A DNA stretch of 64,000 nt. It comes from Bacteroidales bacterium (GTDB taxonomy: Bacteria; Bacteroidota; Bacteroidia; Bacteroidales; WCHB1-69). Under the pieces are notes generated by a model, which was not told where the DNA came from, ran no database searches, and was given only the letters and a program-made list of their open reading frames with translations. A program made the position numbers and the translations under genes. Positions 38,398 to 48,418 of the stretch are shown piece after piece; the stretch's first letter is position 1; every line of letters starts with the position of its first letter. The stretch lies in the NCBI GenBank assembly GCA_038210985.1, contig JBBQWB010000003.1, positions 465-64,464 on the forward strand, read 5' to 3'.

Positions 38398-38505
38398 TTT
38401 TTCACAGAAAGTGTTTTAAAATAGGAAACTTTAAGATATTATTCTAATCAGTTCTTGAAAATCCATTTCATTTCAAAGCATATTATATTAATTTTGCAAA
38501 AAAAA

Positions 38506-39573
38506 ATGGATATGAATAATTATGAAATAATCTTTTTTAGCTCTTTTACTTTACTAATTTGCTTTTTCTTGTTCTTAGATTTAGGTATTTTCGATAAAAA
38601 AAGTCATGTTATCCCTTTTCGCGAATCTGTTATATGGACTGCTGTATGGGTTTCTTTAGCACTGATTTTTTTTATTTTCATACGAAATTATGGATATTTA
38701 ATTCACGGGGTCGCTACACCAGAAGATCTGCAACAAATTACATCTAAATACTATGACAAGTTAAATACAGTTGGATTGTCATACCCTGAAGCAATAGCTT
38801 TGTATCAAAAAAACATGTCGTTGGAGTTTATCACTGGTTATGTTATTGAATATTCGCTATCGATAGATAATATTTTTGTAATTATTTTAGTATTTGCTTC
38901 CTTTGGGATTCCTCAAAAACATTATAAACGCATTTTATTTTGGGGAATTATCGGGGCTTTTGTAATGAGATTTATATTTATATTTTTAAGTTCCGCATTA
39001 ATAGTTCGCTATGCATGGATATTGTATGTTTTTGGAGCATTCTTGCTTTTTACAGGTTTAAAAATGTTTTTTGACCGAAATAAAATTCAAGAAGTTCATC
39101 CCGAAAAAAACCCAATCGTAAAGTGGCTTTCCAAAAGGTTTCCTGTTACAAAAGAACTACATGGTCAAAAGTTTTTTGTAAAATTGAATAATAAAATTCA
39201 TCTCACTCCATTATTTATTTGTTTGGTAGTTATCGAATTTACCGATTTAATTTTTGCCGTAGACAGTGTTCCTGCCATTTTTTCGGTTACAAAAGATCCA
39301 TATATTGTCTTTTTTTCAAACATTTTTGCAATTCTAGGGCTGCGTTCGCTATTTTTCCTTGTTAATAACATCATGAATATGTTCCGATATTTAAAAGTTG
39401 GATTAGCCGTTTTATTGAGTTTTATCGGTTTAAAAATGCTAACTCACACTTGGTTAGATGAATTTGGTTTTGAAACACAACATTCTCTAATCATAATTTT
39501 CAGCATTTTAGCAATTAGCATTTTAGCATCTTTGGTTATTCCAGACAAAAATAAAAATAACGACCCAGTTTAG
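38506..39573 (+). CDS. TerC/Alx family metal homeostasis membrane protein
   Basis: GYVIEYSLSIDNIFV, R.LFWGIIGA, IEFTDLIFAVDSVPAI, SNIFAILGLRSLFF. Start moved to ATG 38506, downstream of a TAATTTTG box. Confidence 0.93.
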   Translation: MDMNNYEIIFFSSFTLLICFFLFLDLGIFDKKSHVIPFRESVIWTAVWVSLALIFFIFIRNYGYLIHGVATPEDLQQITSKYYDKLNTVGLSYPEAIALYQKNMSLEFITGYVIEYSLSIDNIFVIILVFASFGIPQKHYKRILFWGIIGAFVMRFIFIFLSSALIVRYAWILYVFGAFLLFTGLKMFFDRNKIQEVHPEKNPIVKWLSKRFPVTKELHGQKFFVKLNNKIHLTPLFICLVVIEFTDLIFAVDSVPAIFSVTKDPYIVFFSNIFAILGLRSLFFLVNNIMNMFRYLKVGLAVLLSFIGLKMLTHTWLDEFGFETQHSLIIIFSILAISILASLVIPDKNKNNDPV

Positions 39574-39602
39574 TTTTAATAGGCACAACTGTTAATATTA
39601 CC

Positions 39603-40178
39603 ATGAAAATAAGAGAATTAAAATCATTAGTAAAAGAAAAATTGGCAAGTGGAATGACCAAGCAAGAAACATTTGATTTTATTGCATCCCTCAATCAAAT
39701 ACGTATTCATGACGTTGCCAATACAGTTCGGGATTTTGCAAGTTTAGTGTTTAAAAAGAAATATAAAAAAATCAATTTATTACTTATTTCATTTGTTGTT
39801 TTAGCTGGTATAATTCAAGGGATTGCATCTGTTTTATTTCCCGAAAAATTAATTACAGAAACATTGCCCGCAGATATTTTCCTTATTTCAACATACGCTG
39901 CAATTGCATTTGGAGCTTATGTTCATTATAAATTTAGCTACAGTGCAGCTGTGTTATTGTCTTTTGTTTCAATTTATATGAGTGTAAATAATGTACTTTT
40001 ATCCTTAGATAATTTAGAAAGTATTTTATACTATTCATCCATTGGAATTATTGGAATCGTAATTATTGGTTTAAGTGGTTTTTTATATAGTAAGTTTTTC
40101 AGAGGATACGACATCATTTCCAATGAAAACAAAGAGGATTCTCTAAAAGAAACTTATGTATTTAAGGAAGAAAAATAG
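39603..40178 (+). CDS. Hypothetical membrane protein (~4 TM)
   Basis: Soluble ~55-aa N-terminus, then hydrophobic segments; compact spacing after terC. Confidence 0.75.
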   Translation: MKIRELKSLVKEKLASGMTKQETFDFIASLNQIRIHDVANTVRDFASLVFKKKYKKINLLLISFVVLAGIIQGIASVLFPEKLITETLPADIFLISTYAAIAFGAYVHYKFSYSAAVLLSFVSIYMSVNNVLLSLDNLESILYYSSIGIIGIVIIGLSGFLYSKFFRGYDIISNENKEDSLKETYVFKEEK

Positions 40179-40191
40179 GGAAGCCTAAGTA

Positions 40192-40354
40192 GTGTCTGCA
40201 AGAAAACGCCAACTTCTTTCCGCCAAAAGTCGGACAAGCTGTTATACTTACAACGAATTCAGGTCGATTACACCAGTAAACTCCCTAAATTCGTTGCATC
40301 GAAAGCCTCGAATTTGACGTTTTCTTATCAAACACTAGGTTTTCTTGCAAGGAC
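40192..40354. mobile_element. 163-bp MITE, copy 2 (inverted relative to copy 1)
   Basis: Flanked by the non-palindromic direct repeat TAAGTA (40186-40191, 40355-40360); 9 mismatches vs copy 1 by manual alignment. Confidence 0.85.
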
Positions 40355-40365
40355 TAAGTACATAA

Positions 40366-40666
40366 ATTTGTCATGCATCCACCAGTAGTCGGAGAAACGT
40401 AGTTTAACATAAGCACTAAAATTTGTCATGCATCCGCCAGTGGTCGGAGGAACGTAGTGTAGCTTACGCATCTATTACGTTTATAGATTCCTCTCCGCCA
40501 GTAGTCGGATTCGGAATAACAAATCGCTGGGGTAAACGATAGTTTTCTATTGTGTCTATGTTTTCCTATGTGCTTATGTGTTAGGTTTTAAAAGAAAATG
40601 TTAAACTAAAGCATATACATTTGTCATGCATCCGCTAGCATTTAGAGAAATGTAGTTGGCATCTAA
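40366..40666. repeat. REP-like family E (tttgtcatgcatcc...gcatct...agattcc...cggaat.ac), three copies
   Basis: tttgtcatgcatcc at ~40367, ~40422 and ~40620; the middle copy has the full agattcc...cggaataac return arm. Confidence 0.7.
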
Positions 40667-40724
40667 ATGTTGTAATATTATAAAAAAACAATATTAATTC
40701 AAAAAGAATGACTAATATTTCAAC

Positions 40725-40760
40725 AAAAAAGAGGCTGTTCAAATGAACAACCTCTTTTTT
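40725..40760. terminator. Intrinsic terminator of the mmd operon
   Basis: A6-GAGGCTGTTCA-AA-TGAACAACCTC-T6, 33 nt past the stop at 40793. Confidence 0.85.
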
Positions 40761-40792
40761 ACAAAATGCCACAAATGATTTTTTGAAAATCT

Positions 40793-41947
40793 TTAGTATA
40801 AGAAACTCAAAAGCACTCCAGCTGCAACAGCACTGCCAATTACACCGGCAACATTTGGTCCCATTGCATGCATTAATAAGTGATTGGTCTTATCGTATTC
40901 CAATCCTATTACTTGTGAAACACGAGCACTATCAGGGACTGCAGATACACCAGAATTACCTATAAGTGGGTTTATTTTGTTTTCTGGTTTAAGAAACTTG
41001 TTTAGTAATTTTACGAACAAGACTCCCCCTATTGTTGCAATCACAAAAGAGACTGCCCCTAGTGCAAAAATACCAAGAGATTTTCCAGTCAAGAATGTAG
41101 TTGCTTGCGTGGATGCTCCAACAGTAAGTCCTATTAGGATAGTTACAATGTCGATCATTGGACCTGCCGCTGTTTGAGCCAAACGACGAGTTACCCCGCT
41201 CTCTTTCAGCAAGTTTCCGAAGAAAAGCATCCCTAAAAGTGGCATACCACTGGGGACAATAAAGGTTGTCAGAAGTAACCCAATAATTGGGAATATTGCT
41301 TTTTCGCGTTTTGATACGGCACGAGGTGGTTTCATTCTTATTATACGTTCTTTTTTATTGGTAAGCAAACGCATAATTGGAGGTTGAATTACAGGCACAA
41401 GCGCCATGTAAGAATATGCAGAGATTGCAATGGCTCCAATAAGTTGAGGTGCTAATTTAGAAGCAAGGAAGATCGCTGTTGGACCATCGGCACCACCAAT
41501 AATTGCAATTGCACCCGCTTCGTTTGGAGGAAATCCGATGGCTAATGCAATGGCATAAGCACCGAAAATTCCTAATTGAGCAGCGGCACCAATTAAAATC
41601 AACTTAGGATTAGAGATCAAGGCCGAAAAATCGGTCATGGCACCAATACCTAAGAAAATCAGAGGAGGATAAACCCCTTGAATAACCCCAAAGTAGAGGT
41701 AATTCATTACAGACCCTGATTCATAAATCCCGACTTTAAGTCCTGGAAAAAAGGGAACATTCCCTACTAAAATCCCAAAACCAATGGGGATGAGGAGCAT
41801 GGGTTCAAACTCTTTGGCAATTGCCAAATAGATAAATATCAACCCAACAAGCATCATAAAAAGATGTCCAACTGTGAAATTGGCAAATGCCGTATATTCA
41901 AAAAATTGCGACAATCCGGTGGTAAAAAACAAGCTTAATTTTTCCAT
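40793..41947 (-). CDS. mmdB: Na+-translocating decarboxylase subunit beta
   Basis: FEPMLLIPIGFG, PPLIFLGIGAMTDF, IGGADGPT, YSYMALVP, MHAMGPNVAGVIGSA. Confidence 0.95.
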   Translation of the reverse strand: MEKLSLFFTTGLSQFFEYTAFANFTVGHLFMMLVGLIFIYLAIAKEFEPMLLIPIGFGILVGNVPFFPGLKVGIYESGSVMNYLYFGVIQGVYPPLIFLGIGAMTDFSALISNPKLILIGAAAQLGIFGAYAIALAIGFPPNEAGAIAIIGGADGPTAIFLASKLAPQLIGAIAISAYSYMALVPVIQPPIMRLLTNKKERIIRMKPPRAVSKREKAIFPIIGLLLTTFIVPSGMPLLGMLFFGNLLKESGVTRRLAQTAAGPMIDIVTILIGLTVGASTQATTFLTGKSLGIFALGAVSFVIATIGGVLFVKLLNKFLKPENKINPLIGNSGVSAVPDSARVSQVIGLEYDKTNHLLMHAMGPNVAGVIGSAVAAGVLLSFLY

Positions 41948-41957
41948 TTGATTAACC

Positions 41958-42398
41958 TTATTCTATTACAATTAAAATATCGCCTTCCATTACATTGTCG
42001 TTGCGTTGAACCTTTATCTCCACAATTTTTCCATCTTTATCGGAATCAATGTTATTTTCCATTTTCATGGCTTCAAGCATAATTAAATGCTGACCCATTT
42101 TAACTTCATCGCCAACTTTTACATGAATTTCTAACACAGTTCCTGGAAGTGGTGATTTGATTGTTCCTCCACCTTTTGGTGCAGAAGGGCTTGATGTTTT
42201 TGAAGTGGAAGGAGTTACATCCGTAGTAGGAATTGGTTTTTTCTGAACCAATTTTGGCGTTTTTACTTGTCTAAGCTCCTTGTCTAAGGTTACTTCATAT
42301 TTAGTTCCATTTACTTCAAGTTCGGCAATGTTTTCTTCGATGTTTAGAACATCTACTTCATACGAATTGCCGTTTATTTTAAATTTAAATTGCTTCAT
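41958..42398 (-). CDS. mmdC: Biotin carboxyl carrier subunit of the decarboxylase
   Basis: INGNSYEV, SPLPG, LEAMKMEN biotinylation motif. Confidence 0.93.
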   Translation of the reverse strand: MKQFKFKINGNSYEVDVLNIEENIAELEVNGTKYEVTLDKELRQVKTPKLVQKKPIPTTDVTPSTSKTSSPSAPKGGGTIKSPLPGTVLEIHVKVGDEVKMGQHLIMLEAMKMENNIDSDKDGKIVEIKVQRNDNVMEGDILIVIE

Positions 42399-42416
42399 AG
42401 TAAACTAATTTTACGT

Positions 42417-43364
42417 TTATTTCGAAAATTTTCTGCTTTTCATTATTAAATGCTTATTCCCCCATGGTGAATATGCTCTACGTGTATGGTCGATGGTAAT
42501 AATTTCACTCTCTTCGTCGTGATATTGTGAACCATATAAATGCAAAGCCATAGCAATAGCCGCACAAATTTCACCTGTTTCTTCAGTCCCTTTGCTTTTG
42601 TTCGATTCTATTGAAGATTCATCCTCTAGGTTATCTTTCTCAAGAAGTTTAAGTTTTCTTTTTGTACTAATGTTATCCGCCAAAGTAAATGATTTCAACA
42701 AGAAAAAGATAAAGGTTAGGGCAAGAAAAACAACTGCCATAGCAACAATTGCCATCCCTAAACCAGTAGAGTCTAAATCGGATATCTGCTCGGATTTGGT
42801 AATTTTATCTTGCCATTCATTCGTTTGTTTAGGTGTATATCTGTTTTCATATATCCATTTTGAATTATCATCCGATTTTCTAGTTATTGATTGGTCTAAA
42901 TCTTTTCCGTAAGAAATATTAGGCAGATTTTTTAAAATTTCAGGGATTTCAACAAAATCAAGTTGAGTTCTTCCATCTGAATCATAAATTGCTAAATATT
43001 TTGAATCTTCCAACGTGAAGTTTAAATGGAAAGTACCTCTTGAGGGATGATTGTCGGCTAAAAATACCACATAACCACGAAACGGCATATTTGTAGTTGC
43101 ATCATTTCTAGGAATATAGTATTTTTTAGGATTTGCAGTATCGTTAGTTATATACATTCCACCAATATTGATATTGTTGAATGCAGAGTTGAAAATCTCA
43201 ACCCAGCCACTACGATATCCAAATTCATCTTGATATGTGGAATCATTTCTGATCATTATCTCATTAAACTGGATGAATGAGGATGATTGGCTGAAACTTG
43301 CATTATAGCTAAATGCAATTGCCAACAGAATCAGAATTTTTATTTTTTTCATCGTTGTTTGCAT
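42417..43364 (-). CDS. OadG/MmdD-family subunit fused to an N-terminal exported lamin-tail domain
   Basis: Signal peptide, FNEIMIRN..GWVEIFN (LTD), then TM GLGMAIVAMAVVFLAL and EICAAIAMAL (OadG), SPW. Confidence 0.85.
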   Translation of the reverse strand: MQTTMKKIKILILLAIAFSYNASFSQSSSFIQFNEIMIRNDSTYQDEFGYRSGWVEIFNSAFNNINIGGMYITNDTANPKKYYIPRNDATTNMPFRGYVVFLADNHPSRGTFHLNFTLEDSKYLAIYDSDGRTQLDFVEIPEILKNLPNISYGKDLDQSITRKSDDNSKWIYENRYTPKQTNEWQDKITKSEQISDLDSTGLGMAIVAMAVVFLALTFIFFLLKSFTLADNISTKRKLKLLEKDNLEDESSIESNKSKGTEETGEICAAIAMALHLYGSQYHDEESEIITIDHTRRAYSPWGNKHLIMKSRKFSK

Positions 43365-43366
43365 TA

Positions 43367-44926
43367 TTATAATGGTAAGTTATCGTGTTTTTTAGCTGGA
43401 TTTTCAACTTTCTTATTTCTAAGAGATTGTAAAGCTCTTATTATTCTAAAGCGAGTATTACGTGGTTCAATAATATCGTCGATATAACCATATTTTGCAG
43501 CAACAAAAGGATTTGCAAATTTATCACGATAATCTTCTTCTTTTTGAGCAATAAATTCAGCTTTAGCTTCGTCGCCTTCGATTGCTGCGATTTCTTTATT
43601 CATCAAAACTTCAACCGCACCTTTAGCACCCATAACTGCAATTTCGGCTGTGGGCCAAGCGTAATTAATATCGCCACGAAGATGTTTTGAACCCATTACA
43701 CAATAGGCTCCACCGTATGCTTTACGCAATGCAACCGTAACTTTAGGAACAGTAGCTTCGCCATATGCATACAATAATTTTGCACCATGAAGAATAATTC
43801 CACCATATTCTTGTGCTGTTCCTGGTAAAAATCCGGGGACATCCACTAAAGTTACTAAAGGAATATTAAAAGCATCGCAAAAACGAACAAAACGTGCAGC
43901 TTTACGCGAAGCATTGATGTCTAATACACCAGCTAAATATTTAGGCTGATTGGCAACAACACCAACTGGCATACCGTCGAAACGTGCAAAACCAATAACG
44001 ATGTTTGGAGCATAAGCACCTTGAACTTCTAAAAACTCATTTTCATCCACAATGGCGTGAATTACGTCTTTAACATCGTAAGGCTTATTCGGATTTTCGG
44101 GAATAATTGAATTTAAAAAATCGTCTAAACGATTAATTGGGTCATTGGTGGGAATTATTGGTGGCTCTTCCATGTTGTTAGATGGCAAGTAGCTAATCAA
44201 TTTCCGAATCATCATCAAACCCTCTTCTTCATTATCGGCAACAAAATGCGATACTCCCGATTTAGTAGCATGAACCGATGCACCACCAAGTTCTTCGGTT
44301 GTTACATCTTCGTTGGTAACGGTTTTTACCACTTTAGGTCCAGTTAAAAACATATAACTAGTACCTTTCGACATCATGATAAAGTCGGTTAGTGCTGGGG
44401 AATAAACTGCACCGCCAGCACAAGGACCAAAAACAGCCGAAATTTGTGGAATAACACCCGAAGCCAAAATATTACGTTGAAAAATTTCGGTATATCCTGC
44501 TAAACTTGTAACACCTTCCTGAATACGTGCACCACCAGAATCATTAATGCCAATAACTGGAGCACCTACTTTCATAGCTTGATCCATAATTTTGCAAATT
44601 TTGTTTGCAAAAGTTTCGGATAAAGAACCTCCAAAAACGGTAAAATCTTGTGAAAAAACATATACTAAACGTCCGTCAATTGTACCATAACCAGTTACAA
44701 CTCCGTCGGATAATGGAGTGTCTTTTTCTAAGCCAAAATTAGTACAACGGTGCGTAACAAACATGTCAAACTCTTCAAAACTACCCTCGTCTAATAATGC
44801 GTAAATTCGCTCACGAGCAGTTAGTTTTCCTAAATTATGTTGTTTGTCAATTCTTTTTTGACCACCTCCTAAGCGAGCCTGAACTCGTAAATCGAGAAGA
44901 TGTTTAACCTTTTCCTGCATTGTCAT
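43367..44926 (-). CDS. mmdA: Methylmalonyl-CoA decarboxylase carboxyltransferase (alpha) subunit
   Basis: [62 protein letters not shown]. Confidence 0.93.
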   Translation of the reverse strand: MTMQEKVKHLLDLRVQARLGGGQKRIDKQHNLGKLTARERIYALLDEGSFEEFDMFVTHRCTNFGLEKDTPLSDGVVTGYGTIDGRLVYVFSQDFTVFGGSLSETFANKICKIMDQAMKVGAPVIGINDSGGARIQEGVTSLAGYTEIFQRNILASGVIPQISAVFGPCAGGAVYSPALTDFIMMSKGTSYMFLTGPKVVKTVTNEDVTTEELGGASVHATKSGVSHFVADNEEEGLMMIRKLISYLPSNNMEEPPIIPTNDPINRLDDFLNSIIPENPNKPYDVKDVIHAIVDENEFLEVQGAYAPNIVIGFARFDGMPVGVVANQPKYLAGVLDINASRKAARFVRFCDAFNIPLVTLVDVPGFLPGTAQEYGGIILHGAKLLYAYGEATVPKVTVALRKAYGGAYCVMGSKHLRGDINYAWPTAEIAVMGAKGAVEVLMNKEIAAIEGDEAKAEFIAQKEEDYRDKFANPFVAAKYGYIDDIIEPRNTRFRIIRALQSLRNKKVENPAKKHDNLPL

Positions 44927-44966
44927 AATGAAAATGTTTAATGTGAAAAATATTTAAAATTTTAAT

Positions 44967-45380
44967 TTATTTTTTGTTTGGGTTTTCGCATAACTCAGTT
45001 AATACACCGCCTGTGTATTTTGGGTGTAAAAATGCGATATTTAATCCTTCGGCTCCTTTTCGAGGAGTTTTATCAATTAACTGAATGCCTTTTGCTTCCA
45101 CTTTAGGTAACATATCTGCAAGGTTTTCAACCGCATACGCAATATGATGAACCCCTTCGCCTTTCTTTTCCAGAAATTTACCAATTGGACCTTCAGGATC
45201 GGTGCTTTCCAATAATTCAATTTTGGTTTGACCAATCATAAAAAAAGCCGTCTTCACTTTTTGATCGACGACCTCTTCCAGTGCATAGCACTTTAATCCT
45301 AATACATCTTCGTAGTATTTTATGGATGTTTCTAAATCCTTTACAGCAATTCCAATGTGTTCAATATGTGTGGGTTTCAT
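44967..45380 (-). CDS. mce: Methylmalonyl-CoA epimerase
   Basis: HIEHIGIAV, IELLE, FLEKKGEGVHHIA, AFLHPK..GVL.EL; promoter box at 45413-45420. Confidence 0.95.
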   Translation of the reverse strand: MKPTHIEHIGIAVKDLETSIKYYEDVLGLKCYALEEVVDQKVKTAFFMIGQTKIELLESTDPEGPIGKFLEKKGEGVHHIAYAVENLADMLPKVEAKGIQLIDKTPRKGAEGLNIAFLHPKYTGGVLTELCENPNKK

Positions 45381-45513
45381 GCAAAATTAGATATAATTTT
45401 TCAATTTGATTGCAAAGTTATTCTTATCTAATCAATTGACAAAAAGAATAACTTATATAACAATAAATTAACTAAAAAGAATTAAATATTGAGAATTAAC
45501 ATTTTATTATACG

Positions 45514-45553
45514 TATAGTCTTCCTCCAACTCAAAGTCGGGGGGAAGACTATA
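45514..45553. repeat. Strong palindrome upstream of htpG
   Basis: TATAGTCTTCCTCC-aactcaaagtc-GGGGGGAAGACTATA. Confidence 0.6.
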
Positions 45554-45626
45554 ATAACTGCCAAATTGACACAATTATTCAAATGGTATGTGTTTTGACA
45601 ACCAAAGAAACAAAAAAAAATATATC

Positions 45627-47495
45627 ATGCAAAAAGGAAATATCAACGTTAAAACCGAAAACATCTTCCCAATTATTAAAAAATTTCTCTATTCCGATCA
45701 TGAAATTTTCATGCGGGAGTTGGTTTCAAATGCAGTAGATGCAACACAAAAAATTAAAGCCATGGCTTCGCTTGGTGAATTTAAGGGTGAACTTGGTGAA
45801 CTTACAATCGACATTTCATTCGATAAAGAAAAGAAAACAATTACCATCCTCGATAGAGGTTTGGGAATGACCGAAGAAGAAGTAGATCAGTACATTAATC
45901 AAATTGCTTTTTCGAGTGCCGAAGATTTTCTGGAAAAATTTAAAGGCGTGGATGAAGCATCCTTAATCGGACATTTTGGACTAGGTTTTTATTCGGCGTT
46001 TATGGTTGCTGAAAAAGTAGAACTTCGCACAAAATCGTGGAAAGAAGAAGCTAAAGCAATTCAATGGTCCTGCGATGGAAGTCCCGAATACCAGATAGAA
46101 CCAACAGAAAAATTGGAACGTGGTACCGAAATTATTTTACATATTGCCGAAGATGGCTTGGAATTTTTGGAAGAATATCGAATATTAAGTTTGCTGAAAA
46201 AATACTGTAAATTTTTACCTATTCCAATTCGTTTTGGAAAAGAAAAAAAATGGGAAACTCCCGAAGGTGAAGAAAAAGCCAAAGAATCGGAATTGGATCG
46301 TTTTATAAATAATACCAATCCTTTGTGGAAAAAAAACACGAAAGATATTACCGACGAAGAGTATAAAGATTTTTACCACGAATTATATCCATCATCGTTT
46401 GAAGAACCTCTTTTCAATATTCATCTAAATGTGGATTATCCATTTAACCTAAACGGAATTTTATATTTTCCAAAAGCTCGTAAAACCATAGAAGTTCAGA
46501 AAGAGAAAATTCATTTATACTGCAATCAAGTTTTTATTACCGATCAATTGGAAAGTATCGTTCCTGACTTTTTGACATTATTGCATGGCGTTATCGATTC
46601 GCCAGATATTCCTCTAAATGTTTCGCGTAGTTATTTACAAAGCGATAGTAATGTTAAAAAAATATCGGGGCATATCTCTAAAAAAGTTGCCGATAAACTC
46701 GAAGAGATGTTTAGAAACAATCGAGAAGATTTTGAAGCCAAATGGGACGACATCAGCGTGTTTGTTAAATATGGTATGATTACCGACGAGAAATTTTACG
46801 AACGTGCTTTGAAGTTTTTACTTTTCAAAAATGTGGATGGAAAATATTTTACACACGAAGAATATATAAAACACATCGAAACGCTTCAAAAGGATAAAAA
46901 CGAAACGCTTATTCACCTATACACAAGCGACAAAATTGGACAACATAGTTACATAAAAACCGCTCAAGAACGTGGTTATGATGTGTTAATTATGGATGGA
47001 ATTTTAGACAATCATTTTATTAACCACATTGAAAGCAAATTTGAAAAAACAACTTTTGCTCGAGTTGATTCAGATGTAATTGATAAATTAATCCAAAAAG
47101 AGGGCGAACTTCCTTCAAAACTTTCGGACGATGACATTAAAAAAGCAAAAGAAATTTTTGAAAAACAGATAAATGATAAGTCATTCCACATTGTATCGGA
47201 AAATATGAGCGAAAACGATATGCCAATCCTTATAACTCAAACCGAATTTATGCGTAGATGGAAAGATATGCAAAACCTTAGCGGACAAAAAGTGTTTATG
47301 CCCGAAATGGACTCCTACAATTTGGTAGTAAACACCAATCATCCACTTGTGGATAAGGTAGTTCACGAAGAAGATGAAGAAAAACAGAAAAACATAACCA
47401 AACAATTAGTTGATTTAGCTTTGCTTTCGCAAAATATTCTAAAAGGTGAAGATTTAACGGAGTTTGTAAAACGAAGTTTGAGTTTAATTCAATAA
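45627..47495 (+). CDS. htpG: Chaperone HtpG (Hsp90)
   Basis: FLYSDHEIFMRELVSNAVDA, DRGLGMT, IGHFGLGFYSAFMVA, DSPDIPLNVSRSYLQ. Start set at MQKG (45627). Confidence 0.97.
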   Translation: MQKGNINVKTENIFPIIKKFLYSDHEIFMRELVSNAVDATQKIKAMASLGEFKGELGELTIDISFDKEKKTITILDRGLGMTEEEVDQYINQIAFSSAEDFLEKFKGVDEASLIGHFGLGFYSAFMVAEKVELRTKSWKEEAKAIQWSCDGSPEYQIEPTEKLERGTEIILHIAEDGLEFLEEYRILSLLKKYCKFLPIPIRFGKEKKWETPEGEEKAKESELDRFINNTNPLWKKNTKDITDEEYKDFYHELYPSSFEEPLFNIHLNVDYPFNLNGILYFPKARKTIEVQKEKIHLYCNQVFITDQLESIVPDFLTLLHGVIDSPDIPLNVSRSYLQSDSNVKKISGHISKKVADKLEEMFRNNREDFEAKWDDISVFVKYGMITDEKFYERALKFLLFKNVDGKYFTHEEYIKHIETLQKDKNETLIHLYTSDKIGQHSYIKTAQERGYDVLIMDGILDNHFINHIESKFEKTTFARVDSDVIDKLIQKEGELPSKLSDDDIKKAKEIFEKQINDKSFHIVSENMSENDMPILITQTEFMRRWKDMQNLSGQKVFMPEMDSYNLVVNTNHPLVDKVVHEEDEEKQKNITKQLVDLALLSQNILKGEDLTEFVKRSLSLIQ

Positions 47496-47507
47496 CAAAT
47501 TTCCAAC

Positions 47508-47611
47508 CCTTAGAGTCCCCTTCAGGAGACTCTAAGGAAGGAATTAGAGTCCCTTTCAGGAGACTCTGCGGAGGATTCAACCAGCAGAGTCTCCTGAAAG
47601 GGACTCTGCTG
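47508..47611. repeat. REP-like family D cluster downstream of htpG
   Basis: agagtccctttcaggagactct (47546-47567) and its exact reverse complement within 47582-47611, plus a variant at 47508. Confidence 0.85.
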
Positions 47612-47668
47612 AGGAATTGATTAATATACAATTAACCTCTACCAAAGTTCATCCTGATAGAGGTTGTT

Positions 47669-48359
47669 TTATTTTATTACAGCCATTCTTTTTACCAATC
47701 GCTTGTCCAAATATTCAATGCTGTAAAAATAAATTCCTGAATTAAAATGGGAAGTGTTTATATTTATTTCATTTCGAGTACCGTTTGCAATTAATTTTTG
47801 AAGCATAACTTCCTTCCCAAATATATCCGTTACTTTAAATATTACTTTTGTGTTATTTGGAGCGGTATAATAAATGGTTGTTTGATTGGATAAAGGATTT
47901 GGAATATTTTGTTCAAGATTAAATATTTCATTTTCGATTTTTTGAATTCCAACATTTGTGGAGTCGGCATAAACTCTGATAACTTTGCACGTCATATTGT
48001 TGGTCGAATCTTTGTCATTATTTAATTTAGTATAAGCACAAATGGTATAATCTCCTTATGTGGTTGGATGAAAAGGTATGTTAAATTGATAATCGTTGTG
48101 CCAAAAAGGAATTATAATTTAAAATATCTTCCACATTATCAATCATTTCATTATCTAAAGCATCAAACATTGGAAGATTTTTGCCATAGCATTGATTTGC
48201 TCCACACACTCCATCGGCAATATAAATAGCATTGGCATTGGATGTAGTTTGCTGAAACAACTTTTGAGGGCAAGCAGTTACCAAAAGTAATATTACAAAA
48301 AGAGAAAGAGATGTTTTTTTGATTTTAATAAGTTTTACTTTGTAAATGTTTACATCCAT
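47669..48359 (-). pseudogene. Decayed T9SS type A cargo gene
   Basis: Signal-like N-terminus; frameshift in a T5 run near 48103-48107; in-frame TAA at 48056-48058 (PTT*GDYTICAYTKL..D.DSTNN); intact CTD (QNIPNP..TDIFGK..GIYFYSI..KRMAVIK). Confidence 0.72.
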
Positions 48360-48418
48360 AACATGAATATAGTCGAAGAGAAAATAATTTTAGTTGCACT
48401 TAGTTTTTAAGAAACTAC

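Noticed and set aside
38398-38505. yybP-ykoY (Mn) riboswitch upstream of terC
   Set aside because: The leader is short and AT-rich with no GC-rich stems, and the -7 box lies just before the ATG.
45500-45626. CIRCE/HrcA element at htpG
   Set aside because: No TTAGCACTC-N9-GAGTGCTAA; the palindrome present is unrelated.
48056-48058. Stop-codon recoding or readthrough in the T9SS relic
   Set aside because: The stop is TAA, TAA terminates many genuine genes here, and an independent frameshift and lost start indicate simple decay.
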